From: Actinomycetota bacterium
Lineage (GTDB): Bacteria > Actinomycetota > Acidimicrobiia > IMCC26256 > VFJJ01
NCBI GenBank assembly: GCA_009886115.1
Contig: VFJJ01000042.1
Span: forward strand, 1-60,288
DNA: 60,288 nt
Direction: 5' to 3'
Below the pieces are notes generated by a model. That model did no database searches. It was not told the DNA's origin and worked only from the letters and a program-made list of their open reading frames with translations. A program made the translations under genes and the position numbers. The first letter of the stretch is position 1. Every line of letters starts with the position of its first letter. Below, one piece after another: positions 20,545 through 29,189 of the stretch.

Positions 20545-22083
20545 TCAGCCGACGGTCTCGGGCACGCCCAGGTACACGAACCCGTAGCCCTCGTCGCGGA
20601 ACTGCAACCCGGCGTCTCGCAGCGCATGGTCCCAGTCGCCGGTGACGTCGGGGTTCGACTGCTCCATCCCGTGATCGGACACGACGGCGAAGGCGGTGTC
20701 GTCGAAGGCTCCAGCCCCCTCGATGGCCTCGAGGATGGCGCCGATGCGGGCGTCGGTGTCGTGGATCGATGCCGCGGCGATCTCCGAGTACGGCCCGCCC
20801 TCGTGGAACGCGGCGTCGGTCAACGAGAAGTTCACGAAGCAAAAGCGAGGACGCGGTGGCGTGACGCCCCGGTACCCGTCGCCCTTCCAGAGCGCGACCG
20901 CCTGCTCGACGGCCAACCCGTCGACCATCGTCGACCAGGCGTAGTCCTTCGACGGTCGTGCGAACCGCTCGGTCGCGTGGGCGACGTCGGTGGCCCGGGC
21001 CGGGAACGGGATGCCCTCGCCGTCGCGCAGCCAGGCGAACGACGAGTACGTGGCGCCGACGTCGCAGGGCTCGTTCACGGCGAACGTGACCCCTCCCTCG
21101 CCCGTCCAGGTACGGCTGACGGCCTGGTAGAGCGTCTCGACACCCGGTGTGAGCCATTGCATGGCCGTGGGCCAGGTGGCCATGGAGTTCGTGACGACCT
21201 GCTGCTCTCGCGCCCGGTCCCACCAGGCGTTGTGGAGGATTCCGTGGGTGCCCGGGAAGGCGCCGGTGACGGCCGAGGTGTGGTTGGCCAGGGTGATCGT
21301 GGGGAGACACGACAGGGCACCGTGGCCGAACGTGGTGCCGATCGCAGCGAGTCGGGCGATGTTCGGCGCCTCGCCGCGGTCGATGAGGTCGTAGAGCACG
21401 TTGGCGTTGGTACCGTCGAGCAGGAAGACCACGGCGTGGCGGGGCCGGGCCGTGCCGGTGGTCGCGGCGCCGCCGGTGTCGATGATCGTGTCGAGCACCC
21501 GACCGTCCTGCGCTGCGAGGTAGCGGGGACGGTCGTCGTCGAGCGGTGCGACTCCGAGCAGCGCGGCCAACGTCGGGGCGAGGTCGACGATGCGCGCCGC
21601 CTCGGCGACGCGCCCGCGCTCTCGCACCCCGGCCCCGGCGACGATCAGCGGTCCCCGGGCCTGCACCACGCCGAGCGAACCGTGCTCGCCTTGGTGCCCG
21701 CCCCGTTCGGCCCAGTGATGCGCCGCCGTGTGCTGCACGCAGAGGTCGGGCGCGTTGGGAGACCGGAAGAGCTGCTCGACCTGCTCGTAGGCCTGCGGGT
21801 AGCTGTTGGCGCTGCGGTGCGGATGGGGTTCGGCCCGCTCGTCGGCCAGGGGTGCGAAGACCCCGGGGTCCTGGCGGGCGAGCGGGTTGCGGCCCGTCTC
21901 GGCCACCACGTGGCCACCGGGCTCGAAGACCACGGAGCCGTCGACGGCGTGGGCCTCGCACCGACCCTCGCGCTTCAGGAACACCATGTCGACGATGGGC
22001 TCGAGCGCCGGATCGACCAGGACGTCGAGCGCCCGCTGGAGGTCGTGGTGTTCGTGGTGTTCGTGGTGCTCGTCGCGCGACAC
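20545..22083 (-). CDS. alkaline phosphatase superfamily (NPP/phosphonoacetate hydrolase-like) protein, circularly permuted
   Basis: FLLDG, PTITLANHTSAVTG, TDAAFH, VVSDHG, GEHG and RIVDLAPT motifs; GTG start 7 nt after TAACCT. Confidence 0.85.
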   Translation of the reverse strand: MSRDEHHEHHEHHDLQRALDVLVDPALEPIVDMVFLKREGRCEAHAVDGSVVFEPGGHVVAETGRNPLARQDPGVFAPLADERAEPHPHRSANSYPQAYEQVEQLFRSPNAPDLCVQHTAAHHWAERGGHQGEHGSLGVVQARGPLIVAGAGVRERGRVAEAARIVDLAPTLAALLGVAPLDDDRPRYLAAQDGRVLDTIIDTGGAATTGTARPRHAVVFLLDGTNANVLYDLIDRGEAPNIARLAAIGTTFGHGALSCLPTITLANHTSAVTGAFPGTHGILHNAWWDRAREQQVVTNSMATWPTAMQWLTPGVETLYQAVSRTWTGEGGVTFAVNEPCDVGATYSSFAWLRDGEGIPFPARATDVAHATERFARPSKDYAWSTMVDGLAVEQAVALWKGDGYRGVTPPRPRFCFVNFSLTDAAFHEGGPYSEIAAASIHDTDARIGAILEAIEGAGAFDDTAFAVVSDHGMEQSNPDVTGDWDHALRDAGLQFRDEGYGFVYLGVPETVG

Positions 22084-22408
22084 GTTGACCAGGTTAGGGC
22101 CCGCCCGCCGCATCCCGAGCGCCGGGGGGTGCAGTTTTCGTGACCTGACGTGGTTGGATCCACCCGTCGTCGGCTCCACGGCGGCTATCCCTCGGCTCTA
22201 CGTTGGCTCCGGTTCGGCGCCGGCGTCGGCTCCGGATTGGCCTGGGAGCGCAGATCGGGTAGTGTGACCGAGCCTGTTGCAGGGTCGTGCCGCGCGAACG
22301 AGTCGTTGATCGACCGTCCGTCTCGAGCGGCTCAGCGGCCCGGTACTCGCTTTTGTCATGTCGTACGTCACCGAGATCCGTCTCGAGCCAGAAACAAGGG
22401 GTTCCCGC

Positions 22409-22855
22409 GTGCGGACCTTCACGCCCAAGCCCGCCGACATCACCCGGCAGTGGCACGTTGTCGACGCCGACGGAGCCATCCTCGGCCGTCTGGCCAGTGA
22501 GATCTCCGGCGTGCTGCGCGGCAAGCACAAGCCGATCTACGCGCCGCACGTCGACACCGGCGACTTCGTGGTCGTCATCAACGCCGACAAGATCGTCGTG
22601 ACCGCCTCCAAGGACGAGAAGAAGGAGTACATCCGCCACACCGGGTATCCCGGTGGGATCAAGCGGGTGTCGTACCGCGACCAGATGAGCACGCACCCCG
22701 ACCGCATCATCAAGGCCGCCGTCAAGGGCATGCTCCCCAAGGGGCGCCTGGGCCGGCAGATCATCGCCAAGCTCAAGATCTACCCGGGCCCCACGCACCC
22801 CCACGCCGCACAGCAGCCCCGGTCGCTCGACCTGCCGACCGCCCGCCGGGCTTAG
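22409..22855 (+). CDS. rplM: 50S ribosomal protein L13
   Basis: [13 protein letters not shown]...[19 protein letters not shown]. Confidence 0.98.
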   Translation: MRTFTPKPADITRQWHVVDADGAILGRLASEISGVLRGKHKPIYAPHVDTGDFVVVINADKIVVTASKDEKKEYIRHTGYPGGIKRVSYRDQMSTHPDRIIKAAVKGMLPKGRLGRQIIAKLKIYPGPTHPHAAQQPRSLDLPTARRA

Positions 22856-22878
22856 CCCTTCTCGACTCGGAGCAACTC

Positions 22879-23271
22879 GTGTCCAAGCCTCTCATCCAGT
22901 CGACCGGGCGCCGCAAGGAAGCCGTCGCACGCGTTCGTCTGCGTCCCGGCACCGGCATCGTCACGTGCAACAAGCGCACGTTCGAGGAGTACTTCCCGAA
23001 CGAGACGTTCCGCATGGTGGCCACCGAGCCGCTGCGCCTCACCCAGCTGGCCGAGGTCTACGACATCGACGTCACCCTCGACGGCGGCGGTGTGAGCGGG
23101 CAGTCGGGCGCGTTGCGCCTGGGTATCGCCCGGGCCTTGGTGTCGCTCGACGAAGAGCTTCGTCCGGTGCTGAAGAAGGCCGGGCTCCTCACTCGTGACG
23201 CCCGCGAGAAGGAGCGCCGCAAGTACGGCCTCAAGAAGGCCCGTAAGGCGCCCCAGTACTCGAAGCGGTAG
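22879..23271 (+). CDS. rpsI: 30S ribosomal protein S9
   Basis: [11 protein letters not shown]...[20 protein letters not shown]. Confidence 0.98.
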   Translation: MSKPLIQSTGRRKEAVARVRLRPGTGIVTCNKRTFEEYFPNETFRMVATEPLRLTQLAEVYDIDVTLDGGGVSGQSGALRLGIARALVSLDEELRPVLKKAGLLTRDAREKERRKYGLKKARKAPQYSKR

Positions 23272-23306
23272 GTCGTCATTTCGTCGATACCGGGCCGGGT
23301 CCGTTC

Positions 23307-24659
23307 GTGAGCGTCACCTTCGGGACCGACGGCGTACGCGGCATCGCCAACGACGAGCTGTCGGTCGAGCTGACGCTGGCGTTGGGCCGGGCGGGAGCGC
23401 GCGTCCTGGGAGCCGGACCGGGCTCGCCGTTCCTGGTGGGACGCGACACGCGCCGGTCGGGCCAGCTCCTCGAAGCGGCCCTCTCAGCCGGGCTCGCCGC
23501 CGAGGGGTGCAACGTCGAGAGCCTGGGCGTGGTGCCGACGCCGGCCATGGCCTACATGTCGCAGGATGCCGGCGCGCCGGCCGCCATGATCTCGGCCAGC
23601 CACAATCCCTTCGGCGACAACGGGATCAAGTTCTTCGCCGCAGGGGGCCGCAAGCTGGCCGACTCGGTTGAAGCCGAGCTCGAGTTGGCGCTGCACGAAT
23701 TCCTGCACACGCCGACGATCGCCGGTCCGACTGGCGCGGACGTGGGGACCGTCAGGCGTCGGCGGATGGGCGACGCCAACGAGCCCTACGTGTGGCACCT
23801 GGTGAGCACGCTCGAAGACCGGACGCTGATCGGTCTCAAGGTCGTCCTCGACTGCGCCAACGGCGCCGCCAGCACGGTCGCGCCCGAGGTGCTGCGAGCG
23901 CTCGGCGCCGACGTCACGGTCATCCACGCCCGACCCGACGGGGTGAACATCAACGACCACTGTGGCTCGACGTATCCCGCCGACCTGGCCGCGACCGTGG
24001 TGCGATTGGGCGCCGACGCCGGGCTGGCCTTCGATGGCGACGCCGACCGGGTGATGGCCGTGGATGCCTCGGGGACCGTCGTCGACGGTGACGAGATCCT
24101 CGTGGTGTGCGGGATCGACATGGCCGCACGTGGGCTGCTGCCGGGCAACCGTCTGGCTGCCACGGTCATGTCGAACCTGGGAATGCGCCGGGCGCTGGCC
24201 GACGCCGGCATCTCGATCGTCGAGACCAAGGTCGGCGACCGCTACGTGCTCGAGGCCATCGAGGAGCACGGCCTGGCCCTCGGGGGCGAGCAGTCGGGTC
24301 ACGTGATCTTCTCCCGGCACGCCACGACGGGCGACGGGATCCTCACGGGAATCCAGTTGCTCGACTGCGTTGTTCGCTCGGGGAGATCGTTGGCGGTTCT
24401 GGCGGCGACGATGACGCGCTATCCCCAGGTGTTGCTGAACGTGCGCGTGCGCGACCGTCTGGCGCTGGCCGAGGCCGGCGGGTTCTGGGACGCGGTGCTC
24501 TCGATCGAGGCCGAGTTGGGCGAGAGCGGCCGGGTGCTGGTGCGACCGTCAGGTACCGAGCCCGTCGTGCGGGTCATGGTGGAGGCCGCCTCCGAAGCCG
24601 CCGCCGGGCAGGCGGCCGCGCGGCTCGCCGACCGTCTCAAGGCCGACCTCGGCGAGTAG
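23307..24659 (+). CDS. glmM: phosphoglucosamine mutase
   Basis: FGTDGVRG, ISASHNP, FDGDADR, GGEQSGH, RPSGTEP. Confidence 0.96.
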   Translation: MSVTFGTDGVRGIANDELSVELTLALGRAGARVLGAGPGSPFLVGRDTRRSGQLLEAALSAGLAAEGCNVESLGVVPTPAMAYMSQDAGAPAAMISASHNPFGDNGIKFFAAGGRKLADSVEAELELALHEFLHTPTIAGPTGADVGTVRRRRMGDANEPYVWHLVSTLEDRTLIGLKVVLDCANGAASTVAPEVLRALGADVTVIHARPDGVNINDHCGSTYPADLAATVVRLGADAGLAFDGDADRVMAVDASGTVVDGDEILVVCGIDMAARGLLPGNRLAATVMSNLGMRRALADAGISIVETKVGDRYVLEAIEEHGLALGGEQSGHVIFSRHATTGDGILTGIQLLDCVVRSGRSLAVLAATMTRYPQVLLNVRVRDRLALAEAGGFWDAVLSIEAELGESGRVLVRPSGTEPVVRVMVEAASEAAAGQAAARLADRLKADLGE

Positions 24660-24734
24660 CGCAGCCCGTCCCTCCCGGGCTGTGGGCTTGACGACGGGCT
24701 GGGTGTCGCCCTCCGGTCGCTTGTACTGGTCGCG

Positions 24735-24749
24735 TATACTGAATGTATG
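24735..24749 (+). promoter_or_regulatory. -10 box TATACT 6 nt before antitoxin ATG (probable leaderless promoter)
   Basis: TATACT 24735-24740, ATG 24747, no SD. Confidence 0.6.
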
Positions 24750-25001
24750 ACGCGAGTGCCGATCCCGACCCGCTTCAGCGACGAAGAACTGGCGGTGATC
24801 GACCGCCTGGTCGCCGAGGGCGTCGGCGAGAGCCGTTCCGACCTCATTCGACGGGCCGTCGATCACCTCGACCGCGCCGTCCGTCGGGCTCGGGTCGGGG
24901 AGGCGATCGCCGCGTCGTACCTCCTCTGTCCGCAGTCGGATCACGATGACGTCCAGGCCATGGCCAGCGCCATGGCGATGACCGAGGCCGAGCCGTGGTA
25001 G
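24747..25001 (+). CDS. ribbon-helix-helix antitoxin (type II TA)
   Basis: IPTRFSDEELAVIDRLV...SRSDLIRRAV RHH pattern, 84 aa, upstream of toxin. Confidence 0.85.
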   Translation: MTRVPIPTRFSDEELAVIDRLVAEGVGESRSDLIRRAVDHLDRAVRRARVGEAIAASYLLCPQSDHDDVQAMASAMAMTEAEPW

Positions 25002-25023
25002 CGCCCCGGTGGCAGCCGCAGTC

Positions 25024-25335
25024 GTGGTAGCGCAGGGCGAGCTCTGGCTCATGGAGCCCCCGAACGGCAAACGCCGACCCGTGCTCGTCGTATCGCGCGA
25101 CGAGGCGATCCCGGTGCTCAACAACGTCGTCGTCGCCCCGGTGACCAGCACGATCCGATCGATCCCGACATGCGTTCCGGTGGGTCCCGAGGAAGGCATC
25201 GAACACGACAGCGTCGCGACGTTCGACAACATCGCTGCGGTCCCCAAGTCGGTGCTGACGATCCGGCTCGGATCTCTCGGTGTGGTTGGTCGCCAGCGCC
25301 TGTGCGCGGCGCTCCGCGCGCTCGCCGACTGCTGA
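25024..25335 (+). CDS. PemK/MazF family toxin (alternative start 25009)
   Basis: QGELW...KRRPVLVVSRD...VVVAPVTSTIR. Confidence 0.9.
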   Translation: MVAQGELWLMEPPNGKRRPVLVVSRDEAIPVLNNVVVAPVTSTIRSIPTCVPVGPEEGIEHDSVATFDNIAAVPKSVLTIRLGSLGVVGRQRLCAALRALADC

Positions 25336-25497
25336 GGCGCCTGAGGGCTCCCGGCGTGGCGTGTATGACGGGTCTGCTCGACTCGACGACATCTCAGCCG
25401 ATGGAGCGCAGCGATCGATCGCGCCGACCAGGTACAGCGGCTTCTGACCGGGGCCGGCCTGAAGGGTGGGAAGCTGCCGACCTGCGTGACCGCGCGA

Positions 25498-26457
25498 TCA
25501 CGAGGTCGGGGCGGGCTCGGCATCGTGCTTGCGATGCCGGAGGAGCGACACGACCGCGACGACGGCGAATCCGACGATGAGCCCCACCACCGCGGAGGCC
25601 GCGGTGTTGACCAGCCATGCCAGTACTCCGCCGATGCCGGCGAGATCGTGCACGGGCTCTTCCAGGGCGTGGACGAGGTCGTAGGGGCCATGCCAGCCGA
25701 GCTCGTCGGCGCCCACGATCAGGATGTGGCCCCCGACCCACACCATCGCAGCCGTGCCAACGGTGGAGAGCAGGGCAAGCACCGCCGGCATGCCGGTGAC
25801 CATCCCCCGGCCGATCCGCTGGGCCCGCGGCCGGCCCGACTCCACCATGCGGAGGCCGACGTCGTCCATCTTCACGATCAGCGCGACCACGCCGTAGACG
25901 ACGGCCGTGATCACGACGGCAACGACCAACAAGATGGCGGCTCGCGAGACGAAGCCTTCGTCGATCACCTCCTTCAGGGAGATCACCATGATCTCGCCCG
26001 ACAGGATGAAGTCGGTCCGGATGGCCCCGGCGATCGTCTTCTCCTCGTGGTCGACGTCGATCGCCACGGCCGGGAGGTCGTGCTCCTCCTCCTCGCCGTG
26101 GTGGGCGAAGCGGTGATGGATCTTCTCCGCGCCCTCGAAGCAGAGGTACGTACCACCGAGCATCAGGATGATCTCGACGAGCTTCGGCACGAACTCGCTG
26201 AGCACCAGCGCCGCCGGCAGGATGAACAGGATCTTGTTCCTGAGCGATCCGATGGCGATCCGCTTGATGATCGGCAGCTCGCGTTCCGCGGCGAGACCGT
26301 GCACGTACGCCGGGGTGACGGCGGTGTCGTCGACGACGACCCCGGCAGCCTTGGCGCTGGCTCGACCGGCGGCGGCCCCGACGTCGTCGATCGAGGCCGC
26401 AGCCAACTTCGCCAATGCCGCGACATCATCCAACAGCCCGACGAGACCACCAGCCAT
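25498..26457 (-). CDS. DUF808 (YedI-like) membrane protein
   Basis: GLLDDVAA, KAAGVVVDDTAVTP, ERELPII..IA.GSL.NK, GAIRTDFILSGEIM, VKMDDVG. Confidence 0.88.
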   Translation of the reverse strand: MAGGLVGLLDDVAALAKLAAASIDDVGAAAGRASAKAAGVVVDDTAVTPAYVHGLAAERELPIIKRIAIGSLRNKILFILPAALVLSEFVPKLVEIILMLGGTYLCFEGAEKIHHRFAHHGEEEEHDLPAVAIDVDHEEKTIAGAIRTDFILSGEIMVISLKEVIDEGFVSRAAILLVVAVVITAVVYGVVALIVKMDDVGLRMVESGRPRAQRIGRGMVTGMPAVLALLSTVGTAAMVWVGGHILIVGADELGWHGPYDLVHALEEPVHDLAGIGGVLAWLVNTAASAVVGLIVGFAVVAVVSLLRHRKHDAEPAPTS

Positions 26458-26505
26458 CCGTCCTCCTCGACACGGCAACGCGATCTGCAGGCTACCCACG
26501 AACGA

Positions 26506-26645
26506 GCGGGTACCTCGTCGTTGCGTCCTCGATTCGCTCGAGCGCGCACGGCGGCGCGATTCGGGCGCAGGTCACGGGTTCGAGCTCCGAACGATCGGGA
26601 CGCGGAGGCTGCTGCGGTCGAGGATGCGATGGCGGCGATGCCTGC
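26506..26645 (+). ncRNA. candidate structured RNA upstream of glmS (unclassified)
   Basis: 19-bp uninterrupted stem plus 7- and 8-bp stems containing 10 G.U pairs and no mismatches. Confidence 0.4.
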
Positions 26646-26827
26646 TGCGTCGGCGTTCGCGAAGACCACGAGGTCGACGACGTCGTGCGACTGGACCTCG
26701 GAGCCATGGGGGCGGTCAGAGCCGTCCTCGTGAGGCCGTACGATGGGGCCCGCAAGACGGCGGCTCACTCGCGAGCGCGATGCGTCCCATTCGAGAGGTC
26801 GCCTCCGGCAGGAAGGTCTGAGTTCAC

Positions 26828-28690
26828 ATGTGTGGAATCGTCGGATACACCGGGCCCGATGAGGTCCTGCCCATCCTGATCGAGGGGCTGTCGCGGCTCG
26901 AGTACCGGGGCTACGACTCCTCGGGCGTCGCCCTGCTCGATCCTGACGCGAGCGGCGACTCGTCTGACGGCGGGCTGTGGATCCGGCGCCGTCCGGGCAA
27001 GCTCAGCGAGCTCAAGCGGGTCATCGACGACGTGCCGGCCCATGCCCGGCTGGGTATCGGCCACACGCGCTGGGCGACGCACGGCGGGCCCACCGAAGCC
27101 AATGCCCATCCCCACACCGACGAGACGGGCCGACTGGCGCTGGTGCACAACGGGATCGTGGAGACGTTCGCCGAGATCCGCCGCGAGCTCATCGGCGCCG
27201 GCGTCACGTTGAAGTCCGAGACCGACACCGAGCTGGTGGCCCATCTCATCGGCCGCCACCTCGTGGCGCACGGCGGCAGCCTCGTGGAGGCCGTCCGGAT
27301 CGTCATGAAGGACATCGAAGGCGCGCTGGCGATCGTCGTGATGCACGCCGACTTTCCCGACTCGATCGTGGCCGCCCGCAAGGGCCCACCGCTCGTCGCC
27401 GGTCTCACCGCCGACGCCGGGTTGGTGGGCTCCGACATCCCGGCGCTGTTGGCGCACACCCGCGACATCTACGTGGTCGAGGACGAGCGCGTCGTCGAGA
27501 TCAGGCCGGGCCGCATCACGGCGTGGGACCTCGAAGGCAACGAGGTGGTGCTGACGCCCAAGACGATCACGTGGTCGCTCGAGGCTGCGCAGAAGGATGG
27601 CTACGAAGACTTCATGCTCAAGGAGATCCACGAGCAGCCGGCGACGATCCGCGACACCCTCGTCGGGCGCACCGAACCCGGCAGCCACCGGCTCCACCTC
27701 GACGACATGCGCCTGTCGGAGGACGCGCTCCGCAACGTCGACCGGGTCTCGATCCTCGGCTGCGGCACGTCGTTCCACTCGGGGATGGTCGCCAAGTACG
27801 CCATCGAGCACTGGACCCGTCTGCCGTGCGAGGTCGACCTCTCGTCGGAGTACCGCTACCGCGACCCCGTCCTCGACGCCCGCACCCTCGTGATCGGCGT
27901 GAGCCAGAGTGGCGAGACGGCCGACACCATCGAGGCCTGCAAGCACGCAGGCCACTGGGACGCCAAGGTCGTGGCCGTCACCAACGTGGTCGACTCGTCG
28001 CTGGCCCGAGATGCCGACGCCGTGCTCTACACCCATGCCGGGCCCGAGATCGGCGTCGCGGCCACCAAGACCTTCCTGGCCCAGGTCGTGGCTCTCGAGA
28101 CCCTGGCCCTGTACCTGGCCCAGGTACGGGGGACCATGAAGCCCGAGGTCACCGGCGAGCTGCTCGCCGAGCTGCACCTGCTCCCCGACAAGATCCAGCA
28201 GGTCGTCGACCAGTCCGACGAGATCAGGAAGATCGCCGAGCGTTTCGCCGACCGCCGCGACTTCTTCTTCATCGGCCGGGGTGTCGGGTACCCGACGGCG
28301 CTCGAAGGTGCGCTCAAGCTCAAGGAGATCAGCTACGTGCGGGCCGAGGGCTTCGCGGCCGGCGAGCTCAAGCACGGGCCCATCGCGCTCATCGAGCCCG
28401 GAGTCGTGGCCGTCGGCGTGTGCACCAAGTCGTTCGTACGTCTCAAGACGCTCTCGAACGTGCAGGAGGTGAAGGCCCGGGGCGCGACCACGATCCTCAT
28501 CGCCAACGAGGGAGATCGCGAGGCGGCCGAGGCCGCCGACGTGCTCATCACGGTGCCGACGACCGAGGAGCTGTTCGCTCCGGCGATCGATGTCGTCGCG
28601 CTCCAGCTCTTCAGCTACTGGCTGGCCAAGGCCCGCGGGACCGACGTCGACATGCCCCGGAACCTGGCCAAGACCGTCACCGTCGAGTAG
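26828..28690 (+). CDS. glmS: glutamine--fructose-6-phosphate aminotransferase
   Basis: MCGIVGY, LEYRGYDSSG, GIGHTRWATHG, SQSGETADT, PRNLAKTVTVE. Confidence 0.98.
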   Translation: MCGIVGYTGPDEVLPILIEGLSRLEYRGYDSSGVALLDPDASGDSSDGGLWIRRRPGKLSELKRVIDDVPAHARLGIGHTRWATHGGPTEANAHPHTDETGRLALVHNGIVETFAEIRRELIGAGVTLKSETDTELVAHLIGRHLVAHGGSLVEAVRIVMKDIEGALAIVVMHADFPDSIVAARKGPPLVAGLTADAGLVGSDIPALLAHTRDIYVVEDERVVEIRPGRITAWDLEGNEVVLTPKTITWSLEAAQKDGYEDFMLKEIHEQPATIRDTLVGRTEPGSHRLHLDDMRLSEDALRNVDRVSILGCGTSFHSGMVAKYAIEHWTRLPCEVDLSSEYRYRDPVLDARTLVIGVSQSGETADTIEACKHAGHWDAKVVAVTNVVDSSLARDADAVLYTHAGPEIGVAATKTFLAQVVALETLALYLAQVRGTMKPEVTGELLAELHLLPDKIQQVVDQSDEIRKIAERFADRRDFFFIGRGVGYPTALEGALKLKEISYVRAEGFAAGELKHGPIALIEPGVVAVGVCTKSFVRLKTLSNVQEVKARGATTILIANEGDREAAEAADVLITVPTTEELFAPAIDVVALQLFSYWLAKARGTDVDMPRNLAKTVTVE

Positions 28691-28700
28691 CACCTCCTCC

Positions 28701-29180
28701 GTGGAGCCGAGGGAGCCGAGGGAGCCAGAGCCGCCGCCGATCGTCCTCGATGACACCGATCTGGCCCGGATGGTCGGTCTGGTGCACGGCGATGGCGCGG
28801 GCGACAACCGGGTGCTCGGGATCGGGGTCGACGTGTGCTCGATCGAGCGCATGCGCACGGCGTTGACCCGGACCCCCCGTTTTTCGACCCGGATCTTCAC
28901 CGAGGCCGAGCGGACCTACGCCGACGGGTTCGCCGACCCGGCCGGGGTCTACGCAGCTCGCTTCGCGGCGAAGGAAGCGGCCATGAAGGCGATGGGCGTC
29001 GGGATCGAGCACGTGCCCTTCAACGCCATCGAGCTGGTCCGGGCCGCCTCGGGGGCTCCCTCGCTCGTTCTGCACGGTCGGGCCGGGGCCCTGGCCGTCG
29101 AACGCGGGATCGCCGTCATCCACATCTCGGTTTCGCACGACGCCGGGGTCGCGGTCGCGTTCGCCCTTGCCGTCGGCTAG
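28701..29180 (+). CDS. acpS: holo-ACP synthase (start uncertain, alternative 28770)
   Basis: GIGVDVC.I.R, RIFTEAE, AARFAAKEAAMKA, ISVSHD. Confidence 0.92.
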   Translation: MEPREPREPEPPPIVLDDTDLARMVGLVHGDGAGDNRVLGIGVDVCSIERMRTALTRTPRFSTRIFTEAERTYADGFADPAGVYAARFAAKEAAMKAMGVGIEHVPFNAIELVRAASGAPSLVLHGRAGALAVERGIAVIHISVSHDAGVAVAFALAVG

Positions 29181-29189
29181 ACCTTCCCC

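Noticed and set aside
22317..22388. TCCGTCTCGAGC direct repeat 60 bp apart upstream of rplM
   Set aside because: Two copies only, with no recognisable operator or leader structure I can support.
24744..25370. TGTATGACG repeated at 24744-24752 and 25362-25370 around the RHH-MazF pair, as a possible target-site duplication
   Set aside because: Only 9 bp, overlaps the antitoxin start and excludes its promoter; no mobility gene; could be chance.
26646..26827. glmS ribozyme upstream of glmS
   Set aside because: Conserved catalytic-core sequences not found.
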